A DNA stretch of 63,365 nucleotides, the filler included. It is 5 parts of 5 records of this genome, joined end to end, with 100 filler letters (N's around TTAATTAATTAA, not from the genome) between each part and the next. Parts side by side here need not be neighbours in the genome. Positions count along the whole stretch, not along the records: positions 23,610 to 37,195 come from SRR2962707_2434; positions 37,296 to 63,365 come from SRR2962707_2439; 3 more parts are not named here. One strand, given 5' to 3'. A model generated the notes under the pieces. The model did not search any database. It was not told the DNA's origin and was given only the letters and a program-made list of their open reading frames with translations. Made by a program: the position numbers and the translations under genes. Shown here piece by piece: positions 30,570-39,257 of the stretch (its first letter is position 1; each line of letters starts with the position of its first letter).

Positions 30570-31676
30570 TCACAGCCAGCTTGCCGCGCGTACTCTTGCT
30601 GTCCGGTTCCCGTCCGGCGCGACAACGTCAAGGCGCGTGCCTGCGTCCCAGTGGTCGCGACCGATCATCGAAATCGCCACATTGGTACCGAAGTCAGGCG
30701 ACCAGGCCGCCGACGTGATCTGACCAACCAGTTCCTCACCTGCGCGGACATCCCACGGTTCAGAGCATGGCGGCACCGCTTCACCATCGATCTCCAGATA
30801 GCGGATCTGCTTGAGCGGACCTTCCCTGGCAACCCTGAGAAGTGCATCTCGGCCAACACAGCCGATCGCCGAGCGTGTATCGCAAAACCTACCCAACCCG
30901 CATTCATGTGGCGTATTGGCGCGCGTCATGTCGTTGCCGTAAGACAGCATCCCTGCCTCGATCCGCTCAATCAGATTGGGGCACCCGGCCCGTACATCGA
31001 GATCCCTGCCCGCTTCGAAAAGCGCGTCCCACAAAGGCTCGCCGTGCTGCCCGCCCTCGACATAAATCTCGAACCCGCCCTGTTTTGAATAGCCCGACCG
31101 CGCCACGACGAGATCGACGCCGTTGAAGGCGAGCCGTTTGTAGCGGAAAAACCGTATCGAGCGCACATCTTCGCCAAACACCCGTGCAGCCAGATCATCA
31201 GCGCGCGGCCCCTGGATCGCCAATGGCGAGACATCCGGCTCGAACACGTCGACTGCAAGACGGAAGCCGACAGCAAGCGCCTTGACCCAGAGCAGCAGAT
31301 CGCTGTCGGCAATCGACACCCAGTAGCGATCCTCATCCAGTTTCACCGTCACCGGATCATTGAGCATGCCACCGGTCTCGTCCACCATCGGCGTGTACAG
31401 GCACTGCCCGACGACCATCTCCGAGAGATCCCGCGGCGTCAGCATCTGCACCAGTTCGGCCGCCTGAGGACCGCGGATCTCGACCTGCCGCTCGCAAGCC
31501 ACATCCCAGACCTGCACGGCCGTTTTGAGATGGCGATAATCCTCGACCACGGATTTGAACACAGTCGGTAGCAGCATGCGGTTGTAGATCGTGTAGGCAG
31601 ACACGCCTTCAGCGGTCACGCGGTCGGTGAACGGCGTGCGCCGCGTGCGGCGGGAAATTGACAGGAAAGGCGGCAT
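30570..31676 (-). CDS. dmdA: Dimethylsulfoniopropionate demethylase (GcvT family)
   Basis: SRRTRRTPF, YTIYNRMLLPTVF, VQVWDVACERQV, NDPV, SKQGGFEIY, GCPNLIERIE, LSYGNDM match DmdA as recalled; start moved to ATG 31676. Confidence 0.88.
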   Translation of the reverse strand: MPPFLSISRRTRRTPFTDRVTAEGVSAYTIYNRMLLPTVFKSVVEDYRHLKTAVQVWDVACERQVEIRGPQAAELVQMLTPRDLSEMVVGQCLYTPMVDETGGMLNDPVTVKLDEDRYWVSIADSDLLLWVKALAVGFRLAVDVFEPDVSPLAIQGPRADDLAARVFGEDVRSIRFFRYKRLAFNGVDLVVARSGYSKQGGFEIYVEGGQHGEPLWDALFEAGRDLDVRAGCPNLIERIEAGMLSYGNDMTRANTPHECGLGRFCDTRSAIGCVGRDALLRVAREGPLKQIRYLEIDGEAVPPCSEPWDVRAGEELVGQITSAAWSPDFGTNVAISMIGRDHWDAGTRLDVVAPDGNRTARVRAASWL

Positions 31677-31786
31677 GTGCGGAATCCCCCAGGCAAAAAG
31701 CGCGCATGGCGCTGTCAACCGGGAGATTATTTGCGACATTCCTGCACATGCGCGCCAAATCGCGTCATTCCATGGCTATTTTAATC

Positions 31787-32938
31787 TCAGGCGATCATCC
31801 CGGTGCGCTCGGCAAACCACCAGACCGCCACCGCCGCAATCGCCAGCGACATCGGCATGGTGACGCGCGCCCGGTACCAGCTCTTGTCCGAAAACCAGGC
31901 ACCAAACAGCGCGTAGCAGGCCGCAACCACCGCCAGTTGCCCTGCTTCCACACCGACATTGAAGCCGATCAGTCCGGAGACGAAATGTGCTGGAGACAGG
32001 CCGATTTCGGTCAGCACCCCGGCAAAGCCCAGACCATGCAATAGCCCGAATCCGAACACCACGAATGGCCGCCAGGGACTGAGTCGGCTGGTCATCAGGT
32101 TCTCCACCGCGATGAACACGATGGAAGCTGCGATCAGCGGTTCGACAATGCTGGCAGGCACCGAAATGAGCCCCAGCATGGCCAGCGCCAGGGTCACCGA
32201 ATGGGCCACCGTGAAAGACGTGATCTGAATGAGCAGTGGCTTGAGACGGGGCGACAGCAGGAACAACCCGACCACGAACAGGATATGGTCGAGCCCCTTG
32301 GGGACGATGTGAGTGAAACCAATGCCGATATAATCGCCAAAGATCTGCCCGGCGCTGACGGTCAATCCGCCTTCCACAGGGATCGGCTCGCTCGATCCGC
32401 CACCCTCCAGATAAGCCGAATAGCTGTAGTCCCCCGTATCATCAGCCACCCGGATAACGCTGGGGCCGAAAGACGGATCAAATGTAAACACCACGGTTTT
32501 CGCGTTAACAGGGAGTTTGCCCGAAAGAGCAAGCCGGCTCAGCCGCGCGAAATCCACGTCTCCGACCGGATCGAGATCCACGGCCTCGACCACAAGCGGC
32601 ACAGGAGCGCCATCTGCGGTCAGCGTCACGCCGTTGAGGAACCGCGCCTTGAACCGGGAGAATTCGGTCTCCAGATCCGTCTCGTCCATGAGCCGAAACT
32701 GGTCGTAACGCTGCGCATTGGGGCTGTCGTCCGTGTCACCATGTTCCGCGCCGATTTCCGCCAGGGCAGCTTCGAGGATCAGCGACATGTCCAGCCGAAC
32801 CACACCATCACCGACAAATTCGAGATCGACGATCGCCGGCCGGATTTCGTGTGCCAGCGGGGCTGCGCAGGACGCCAAGACCACAAGTATGGCTGACACC
32901 ATGCTTGCAAGCACTTGATTTATCGGACGGGAGAACAT
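31787..32938 (-). CDS. HupE/UreJ family membrane protein with N-terminal periplasmic domain
   Basis: GFTHIVPKGLDHILF, FTVAHSVTL, FGLLHGLGFA, FNVGVE; signal peptide followed by HE; start uncertain (32938 or 32902). Confidence 0.85.
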   Translation of the reverse strand: MFSRPINQVLASMVSAILVVLASCAAPLAHEIRPAIVDLEFVGDGVVRLDMSLILEAALAEIGAEHGDTDDSPNAQRYDQFRLMDETDLETEFSRFKARFLNGVTLTADGAPVPLVVEAVDLDPVGDVDFARLSRLALSGKLPVNAKTVVFTFDPSFGPSVIRVADDTGDYSYSAYLEGGGSSEPIPVEGGLTVSAGQIFGDYIGIGFTHIVPKGLDHILFVVGLFLLSPRLKPLLIQITSFTVAHSVTLALAMLGLISVPASIVEPLIAASIVFIAVENLMTSRLSPWRPFVVFGFGLLHGLGFAGVLTEIGLSPAHFVSGLIGFNVGVEAGQLAVVAACYALFGAWFSDKSWYRARVTMPMSLAIAAVAVWWFAERTGMIA

Positions 32939-32971
32939 CTTCATCTGAAAAGCCATATTGGAGAAAAGATC

Positions 32972-33799
32972 ATGGGATTATCGGCACGCCACAAGCCAGG
33001 CCGCAGCCCGGTTTGGGCAATATTTGGAGCGATGATGGCAGTGAGTCCAGTCTCCGCTCATGAATTCTGGATTGAACCTCATGATTTCTCGGTCAATGCG
33101 AACACGCAAATTCAAGCCGATCTTCGCGTTGGTCAGGACTTCAAGGGTGACGCGTTCCCCTATATCCCTGCCCGTTTTGCCGCTTTCAAGAGCTATGACA
33201 GTCTCGGCGAGAAAGATGTCGCCGGCGTGACAGGCGATCTGCCGGCACTTGCCATGACGCCGCGCACAGAGGGGTTGAGCGTTTTCACCTATGTCTCCGC
33301 CGGCGAGCGCATCTATTTCCAGGAATGGGAGAAATTTGCAGTCTATCTTGATCTCGAAGGATTGACCGCGATTCCCACCCGTCACGACGCCCGTGGTCTA
33401 CCACGCGAAAACATCCGCGAACTCTACACACGCTGCGCCAAGACGCTTGTTTCGGTCGGCGATGATGCAAAGGAACCAGACCGCGCCACCGGCATGCGGC
33501 TGGAACTAGTGGCCGGAGACAATCCGCAAACGCTTAGGCCGGCGGCAGACATGAGCTTCACCCTGCTCTGGGAAGGCGAGCCGCTGGCGGACACGCAGGT
33601 GGCCCTGTTCAAGAAGGACGAAACCCCAGACAGCGGAACGAGAACCCTCACCCGCACCGACGAAAACGGCCAGGCCAGTTTTACCATCCCGGCGACCGGA
33701 TCCTACATGGCCGCAAGCGTCCACATGATCGAGGCGCCCGTCGACCGCAATGCGGACTGGCAAAGCTTCTGGGCGTCACTGACATTCGGGGTGGAATAG
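32972..33799 (+). CDS. DUF4198 family periplasmic protein
   Basis: Signal then AHEFWIEP; YTRCAK, LELVA, RTDENGQA, WQSFWASLTF; RBS GGAGA. Confidence 0.8.
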   Translation: MGLSARHKPGRSPVWAIFGAMMAVSPVSAHEFWIEPHDFSVNANTQIQADLRVGQDFKGDAFPYIPARFAAFKSYDSLGEKDVAGVTGDLPALAMTPRTEGLSVFTYVSAGERIYFQEWEKFAVYLDLEGLTAIPTRHDARGLPRENIRELYTRCAKTLVSVGDDAKEPDRATGMRLELVAGDNPQTLRPAADMSFTLLWEGEPLADTQVALFKKDETPDSGTRTLTRTDENGQASFTIPATGSYMAASVHMIEAPVDRNADWQSFWASLTFGVE

Positions 33800-33930
33800 G
33801 GTCTCCAGTCATGCGCCGCCTGAAAAGACTGCCACCACGTGTCTGACACGTTCTCTACGGCAGTCAGAACAGGGTCCAACTGCGCCACACATCAATTTGG
33901 TTGCGCGATGGACGTTATTTCGCATCAGGA

Positions 33931-33978
33931 TCATGCATGTCGCGTTCAAATGAATACATGTGAGCGCGACATGCATGA
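33931..33978. repeat. 22-bp inverted repeat (2 mismatches, 4-nt loop), possible terminator or RIME-like element
   Basis: TCATGCATGTCGCGTTCAAATG-AATA-CATGTGAGCGCGACATGCATGA between convergent genes. Confidence 0.75.
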
Positions 33979-33986
33979 AAGCGGGA

Positions 33987-35420
33987 TCAGTGTGCCCGAT
34001 CCGGGATGATCCAGGTATAATCTGTCAGCAAGGCACCTTTGAAACACTCGCTTTCAGGCGTCAGAGCGGTCAACAGCCCATTACATTGCGCGGTCTGATA
34101 TCCGGTGTTGCCGATGCCGCCCCGCACATGACAATTCCGGCAGCTCGTCGCAATCGGATGCGTGACGCCCTCGATATAGGGATTGACCGCTTTTTCCAGT
34201 TTCCCCTCAGCATCGGGCGTGAACAGATAAGCGTCGGTCATCAGGTAGTGGTTCCAGGGTCCTACGGCTTCCTCAAGATCGGGGCGATCTGCTGCATAGG
34301 GTCCCTGATCAGGGGTTCGCGACCACCAGACGCTTTGCAGGGTCCAGCTGTCTATCTCCTTGGTGTTGATATGTGATGCCACCGTCACGAGATAATCGCC
34401 CACACCAAATGACTTGTTGTACAGCCAGTGGCTGGATGCGTTGATGATGGCCTTGTCGGCATCACTGAACATGTCCCAGTCCTCTTGCGTGACCTTGTGA
34501 TGATAGAATCTTTCAATTGAAACGACATTCGCCATTCTGCGTTGAGGCGGGATTTCAGATCCCTCATGGGTTTTAACACCGTAGAGATACTCGACTTCCT
34601 CCCATCCTTCCGCATGGCCGTTGCCAGGATCAATCGCGACGACCGAGTTCCACAACTCATAACCTGCATATCCGGAATAAAAATCCGGAAAATTGTCGTT
34701 CCAGACCGGGAGCGCGGTCAGTCCGTCTGCCTTGACGGGCCAATACATGTGCTTGGTGGAGACATATTCCCTTGGAAGCTCGATGATCGTCTCGCCTTTC
34801 TTGAGCGCATTCTCCAGGGTGTTTTTCAAATACAGTTTCCGGTTTCGAATGTCCTCGAATGCCTGCTTTGAAAGGCTTTCCACGGCGATGAGGATGTCGC
34901 CATTGTTGACGAAATAATCCCCGTCTTTCACAGAATAGTTGCCATCGGCAGCTTTGGTGACCGCGTCGGGATAGGTATCGATGACCTCTTGCGGGACAGG
35001 GTATTGGGGTTGTGGTGTATTGACGTCAACGCCAGCCGCCTTGGAAACCTCAATAGCGGCTATGTTCGCTTTTGATGGCGTGCGCCGGGCCGGCTGTTTT
35101 TGCGGGCCAGGAACGCCACCATCCAGCGCGAAGGCCTGATGTGTTGTTTGCCAGCTAAACCAGATCGGCCAAGCATTCTCGTCGTCGCTCAAGGGCTGCA
35201 TCATGCCTGCCCAAAGGTTCCAAGCATGATTGCGTATGATTTGACGGTCTCCCTCCCGGACCGCAACATCAAGTTTTTCGTTCTCTTGAAGATATTGGTA
35301 GAGCGCGGATATTGGCTCATATGGCGGGCGGCTGTCCTGGCCGGTAGCTGCACCTTGTGTCAGAACCAGTGCAAAGATTGCAGTCAGGGCTTTCCAAAAG
35401 AATAGATATATTTTGGCCAT
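33987..35420 (-). CDS. Uncharacterised secreted protein with single C-terminal CxxCH (putative monoheme c-type cytochrome), 477 aa
   Basis: RBS GAGGG before ATG 35420; Sec-like signal peptide; TSCRNCH near the C-terminus; Trp-rich; visibly more AT-rich than flanks. Confidence 0.72.
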   Translation of the reverse strand: MAKIYLFFWKALTAIFALVLTQGAATGQDSRPPYEPISALYQYLQENEKLDVAVREGDRQIIRNHAWNLWAGMMQPLSDDENAWPIWFSWQTTHQAFALDGGVPGPQKQPARRTPSKANIAAIEVSKAAGVDVNTPQPQYPVPQEVIDTYPDAVTKAADGNYSVKDGDYFVNNGDILIAVESLSKQAFEDIRNRKLYLKNTLENALKKGETIIELPREYVSTKHMYWPVKADGLTALPVWNDNFPDFYSGYAGYELWNSVVAIDPGNGHAEGWEEVEYLYGVKTHEGSEIPPQRRMANVVSIERFYHHKVTQEDWDMFSDADKAIINASSHWLYNKSFGVGDYLVTVASHINTKEIDSWTLQSVWWSRTPDQGPYAADRPDLEEAVGPWNHYLMTDAYLFTPDAEGKLEKAVNPYIEGVTHPIATSCRNCHVRGGIGNTGYQTAQCNGLLTALTPESECFKGALLTDYTWIIPDRAH

Positions 35421-35609
35421 AACATTCCCTCTTGCTTGTTTTCGGGGCAGCACCTTGCGATCGCACGCACAACAACCAAAGAAATCCAAAATGCTTACAG
35501 CTCGACGCAAACAATAAGTTGATTTCAAAAATCAATCAATCCGAAGCTGTACTGTCGAATTTCTTCGTCCTGCCAAATCTCCCTTTTATCCCGACGCTAT
35601 CACAACAGC

Positions 35610-35640
35610 AAAAACCCGCCGGACTTGCATCCGGCGGGTT
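35610..35640 (-). terminator. Intrinsic terminator of the ccoNOQP operon
   Basis: AACCCGCCGGA-TGCAAG-TCCGGCGGGTT followed by a T run on the minus strand. Confidence 0.85.
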
Positions 35641-35678
35641 CATTGCTTGATCCTTGATTTGCGACTGTAGCTCAGCCC

Positions 35679-36542
35679 CTACTGACCACCGCCCAGCGTG
35701 TGGACGAAGACGGCCAGTTGCTTGATCGTCGGTTCGCCGAGGCGGCCGACCCAGGCCGGCATGACGCCGTGCTTGGGGTTGCGCACCTGGGCAACGATCT
35801 GTGCTTCCGTCGATCCCTTGAGCCAGATGCCGTCCGAAAGCCGCGGCGCGCCGAAATCGACGATGCCTTCGCCGCTGTCGCCATGGCAGGCGGCACAGTT
35901 CTCGGCATAGATCGTCTTGCCCGGCTCGACCATCGCCTGATCCGCAGCTGTACCACTCAGGCTCACCACATAAGCCGCAACCTCGTTAATCTGCGCGGGC
36001 TCCAGCATATCGCCAAAGGCCGGCATTTCTGAGTAGCGCGTGTCATCATCGCCGTCATAGCGGATGCCGTGTGCAATGGTCAGATAGATCTGGTCGATCG
36101 TTCCACCCCACAGCCAGTCATCATCATTGAGATTGGGGTAGCCGGCAGAGCCCGATGCACCCGACCCATGGCACTGCGCGCAATTGACCTTGAACGCGGA
36201 CGATCCGCCGGCAATGGCGAACCGCAGCAGCTCCGGATCGGACGCGATGTCCTCTACCGGGGTCGCGGCGATCTTGTCGAGCATGCCACCCTGGGCCGCC
36301 TTGGCATCCGCGAGTTCGGCCACCACATCAGCCCGGCTGGAATAGCCCAGCAGTCCGGGTGTTGCACCATTGATCAGGGGAATTGCCGGATAGGCGATCG
36401 CATAGCCCGCAGCCCAGATGATGCAGAGATAGAACGTCCACAGCCACCAGCGCGGCATTGGATTGTTCAGCTCCCGGATCCCATCCCATTCATGACCGGT
36501 GGTCTCGACCCCGGAGACTTCATCAATGTGTTTCTCGGACAT
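35679..36542 (-). CDS. ccoP: cbb3 cytochrome c oxidase subunit III (diheme)
   Basis: TTGHEWDGI.ELNNPMPRWW; CAQCH and CAACH. Confidence 0.96.
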   Translation of the reverse strand: MSEKHIDEVSGVETTGHEWDGIRELNNPMPRWWLWTFYLCIIWAAGYAIAYPAIPLINGATPGLLGYSSRADVVAELADAKAAQGGMLDKIAATPVEDIASDPELLRFAIAGGSSAFKVNCAQCHGSGASGSAGYPNLNDDDWLWGGTIDQIYLTIAHGIRYDGDDDTRYSEMPAFGDMLEPAQINEVAAYVVSLSGTAADQAMVEPGKTIYAENCAACHGDSGEGIVDFGAPRLSDGIWLKGSTEAQIVAQVRNPKHGVMPAWVGRLGEPTIKQLAVFVHTLGGGQ

Positions 36543-36545
36543 GTC

Positions 36546-36698
36546 TCAGTCCTCCTTCAAAGGAATTTGCGCGGCCTCATCGGCGGCTTTCTTGGCGCCG
36601 GGACGGAACATGAAAAGCACCACGCCGATGAAGATGGCGAACATGAAGACAAGTCCCCAGCTGTCGGCGAAGTGGCGCATTGCGGTGTAGGTTTCCAT
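36546..36698 (-). CDS. ccoQ: cbb3 oxidase subunit CcoQ/FixQ (50 aa, absent from ORF track)
   Basis: METYTAMRHFADSWGLVFMFAIFIGVVLFMFRPG...IPLKED between ccoO and ccoP. Confidence 0.92.
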   Translation of the reverse strand: METYTAMRHFADSWGLVFMFAIFIGVVLFMFRPGAKKAADEAAQIPLKED

Positions 36699-36711
36699 TG
36701 CTCAGATCCCC

Positions 36712-37195
36712 CTACCGGTAGCCGGATGCTTCGTCATAGGTCGAGAAATCGACCAATGTGCCAAGCATCTGCAGATAGGAAATAAGCGCATCCATCTCGC
36801 TGACCACAGTCGGGTCGCCATCGAAATCGCCCAGCTTGGCCTTCGGATAGCGCGCCTCGATACCCGAGGTGTCAGCCTCCGGATCGGACTGCGCCATCAG
36901 GTCGGCCTTTGCGCTGGAGATCATGTCCTCGTCGTAAGGGACACCAAGCAACGCATTGGCCTCGAGATCAGCCGTGATGTTGGCCACCTTGAGCGGTGTT
37001 GTTGCCAGGAACGAATAGCTTGGCATGATCGATTCAGGCACCACGGAACGTGGCTCCTTGAGGTGCTCGACATGCCACTCATTCGAGTAGCGGTCGCCGA
37101 CCCGGGCCAGATCCGGCCCAGTCCGCTTTGATCCCCACTGGAACGAACGGTCATACATCGATTCCGCCGCAAGGCTGTAATGGCCATAGCGTTCG
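36712..37195 (-). CDS. ccoO: cbb3 oxidase subunit II (5' truncated)
   Basis: [39 protein letters not shown]. Confidence 0.95.
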
Positions 37196-37295
37196 NNNNN
37201 NNNNNNNNNNNNNNNNNNNNNNNNNNNNNNNNNNNNNNNTTAATTAATTAANNNNNNNNNNNNNNNNNNNNNNNNNNNNNNNNNNNNNNNNNNNN
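37196..37295. other. Artificial contig spacer
   Basis: N44-TTAATTAATTAA-N44. Confidence 0.98.
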
Positions 37296-37362
37296 TGATT
37301 GCTGGCTGGACCCGCTTGCGGGTGCCGCAAGGAGCGTTTTTTGGAAGGACCTACCCGACCCT
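37296..37362. repeat. Truncated intergenic repeat (REP/MITE-like) at contig start
   Basis: Palindrome ACCCGC-TT-GCGGGT and end TTTTTGGAAGGACCTACCC, resembling recalled Marinobacter intergenic repeats. Confidence 0.45.
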
Positions 37363-37382
37363 GCCTTGCACCAAACCTCAAG

Positions 37383-37757
37383 TTACAACAATCGCCGCGG
37401 AAACATAGGCGGCTTGTTGCCGATTGCCTGAGCCAGGGAAATCATTCCCCAGAGTACGAACGACGTGTGCAGCACCACTGCCCAGACGATTGCGTAAGTC
37501 CAGAACAAACCGGTGTTGCCGTAAATAAACCAGCAAACAGCAACCCCCGAACTGATCAGCACCGCCCCCAGAATCGACATATAAACCGCCGCCTTGCTAT
37601 GGGCCCGCCGCAACGCATGCGCATCACCGGACTTCATGGCAATCGTCAGCAAGACAACGAAGCCGATAATCGGCAACGCCAGCAGGTTCAGCAAATACCA
37701 GATAACCGGAGCAATCGCCCCGGGCGGTTCAGTCTTCGGACTGCCCGAATACGGCAT
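37383..37757 (-). CDS. Small 3-TM hypothetical membrane protein downstream of nirQ
   Basis: Three hydrophobic stretches; overlaps the nirQ 3' end. Confidence 0.65.
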   Translation of the reverse strand: MPYSGSPKTEPPGAIAPVIWYLLNLLALPIIGFVVLLTIAMKSGDAHALRRAHSKAAVYMSILGAVLISSGVAVCWFIYGNTGLFWTYAIVWAVVLHTSFVLWGMISLAQAIGNKPPMFPRRLL

Positions 37758-38511
37758 ACACCACCTCCATCAGTGCATTCACAGTCACCGCATCATCCGA
37801 CAGCGGCTCAATCATCCCGGCCCGGCAGGCCTCGATGTGGGGCATACCGGATGCGATCAGGTATGCGGTGTGAATCAGCAGGCGAGTCGACGCTGCTTCT
37901 TCCAGGTCGTGGTCTTTCAACTTACGCAACGAGGTTGCCAGCCCCACCAGCTGCTTCGCCAGGTCGGCATCGCAACCGGACTCCTCCTGCACGATGGTCT
38001 GCTCCACATCCGGCGTCGGGTAATCGAAGTTCATGGAGACGAACCGCTGCCGGGTACTGGGCTTCATGCCCTTCAGCAGGCTCTGGTAACCCGGATTGTA
38101 GGACACCACCAGCATGAATCCGGGGGCGGCTTTCAGCAGCTCTCCGGTGCGCTCGATGGGTAACTCCCGGCGGTCGTCCGCCAGCGGGTGCAGTACCACC
38201 GTGGTATCCTTTCGTGCTTCCACCACCTCATCAAGGTAGCAGATTCCGCCTTCCCGCACCGCCCGGGTCAGCGGGCCATCCTGCCAATAGGTGCCGTCCG
38301 GGCCGATCAGGTGCCGGCCAACCAGATCAGAGGCGGTAAGGTCATCGTGGCAGGCAACGGTATAGACCGGTCGACCAAGCTTCTCCGCCATGTAACGGAC
38401 GAAGCGGGTTTTACCACAACCGGTGGGGCCTTTGATCAGTACCGGCAGACCGTTTTCGGCGGCGGCGGTGAACAGTTCGACTTCATTGCCGGCGGGTTGG
38501 TAGAAGGTCAT
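37729..38511 (-). CDS. nirQ: CbbQ/NirQ/NorQ family AAA+ ATPase
   Basis: GPTGCGKT, CHDDL, YLDEVVEAR, KPSTRQRF, STRLL; nir context. Confidence 0.88.
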   Translation of the reverse strand: MTFYQPAGNEVELFTAAAENGLPVLIKGPTGCGKTRFVRYMAEKLGRPVYTVACHDDLTASDLVGRHLIGPDGTYWQDGPLTRAVREGGICYLDEVVEARKDTTVVLHPLADDRRELPIERTGELLKAAPGFMLVVSYNPGYQSLLKGMKPSTRQRFVSMNFDYPTPDVEQTIVQEESGCDADLAKQLVGLATSLRKLKDHDLEEAASTRLLIHTAYLIASGMPHIEACRAGMIEPLSDDAVTVNALMEVVYAVFGQSED

Positions 38512-38524
38512 AAACAGCTTCCTT

Positions 38525-39256
38525 TTATGGCTGGGAATCGGGCGTGGCAAAGCCGTGCACCCATTCCGGAAAAAGATTGAATATCTGGCGATCGTCGCTG
38601 CGCTTCAGCTGCAGCAATGCCTTCAGGCACGGCTGCAGTTCAGGATTCGCGCTGTCTGTTTTAGCGTTGGTATACCAGCCAGCACCACGGACCGGCTCGC
38701 CCTGCCAGGTGATGGCAAGGCCCTGGGATTCCAGAAACGGCGTGACCAGCCCAAGTTCAGAGACCGACGCATGGGTGTTATTGTGCAGCAACAAACCCAG
38801 GGCTGAGTTGAAATCCCCCGCTTCGTATCGCTGGCCCGGTTTCGGGGTTACACCCACCGAGGCCAAAGCTCGCAAAGCCAGACGACCGGATACCGGATCG
38901 CTTCCAGCGACCAAAGACACATCCCGGTCGTCCAGTTCTTCCAGCGACCGCACCCCAGCAGTTTTACGGGTTACCCAGACCGGAACGGGGTAGTTGCCAA
39001 AGGCATTGACGGCGTCCAGCACACGCCAGTTATCAGAACCATCGGGCCGGTAAACCAGGTCACTGTCGCCGGCCCGATTGAACAGCAGCTCGGCCTCACA
39101 GTCCCGGGCCTCGAGATAGCGCTGCAACCGATAACTGGCGACCGTGGTTGAGCGCGCCTCCGTCATCACCTCAACCCGCACGGAACCGTACTCCTGAGCC
39201 GCGCCTGCGTTACTGGCCAGCATCAGAAACAGCCAGGTGCCGATCGCTGGTTTCAT
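38525..39256 (-). CDS. Exported protein, PhnD/SsuA-type substrate-binding-like
   Basis: Signal peptide; VRSLEELDDRDVSLV...PVSGRL pattern of type II periplasmic binding proteins; starts 1 nt after the nirF stop. Confidence 0.55.
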   Translation of the reverse strand: MKPAIGTWLFLMLASNAGAAQEYGSVRVEVMTEARSTTVASYRLQRYLEARDCEAELLFNRAGDSDLVYRPDGSDNWRVLDAVNAFGNYPVPVWVTRKTAGVRSLEELDDRDVSLVAGSDPVSGRLALRALASVGVTPKPGQRYEAGDFNSALGLLLHNNTHASVSELGLVTPFLESQGLAITWQGEPVRGAGWYTNAKTDSANPELQPCLKALLQLKRSDDRQIFNLFPEWVHGFATPDSQP

Positions 39257-39257
39257 C

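Noticed and set aside
30570-31676. Annotation as glycine cleavage T protein gcvT
   Set aside because: Motifs fit the DmdA clade and gcvH/gcvP are not adjacent.
35519-35535. FNR box upstream of the CxxCH gene
   Set aside because: TTGAT and ATCAA are 7 nt apart rather than 4.
30561-35542. ATCAATCC at 30561-30568 and 35535-35542 as a target-site duplication of the inserted block
   Set aside because: Only 8 bp, and it also occurs at the ccoS stop; no mobility gene is present. Only an empty-site comparison could rescue it.
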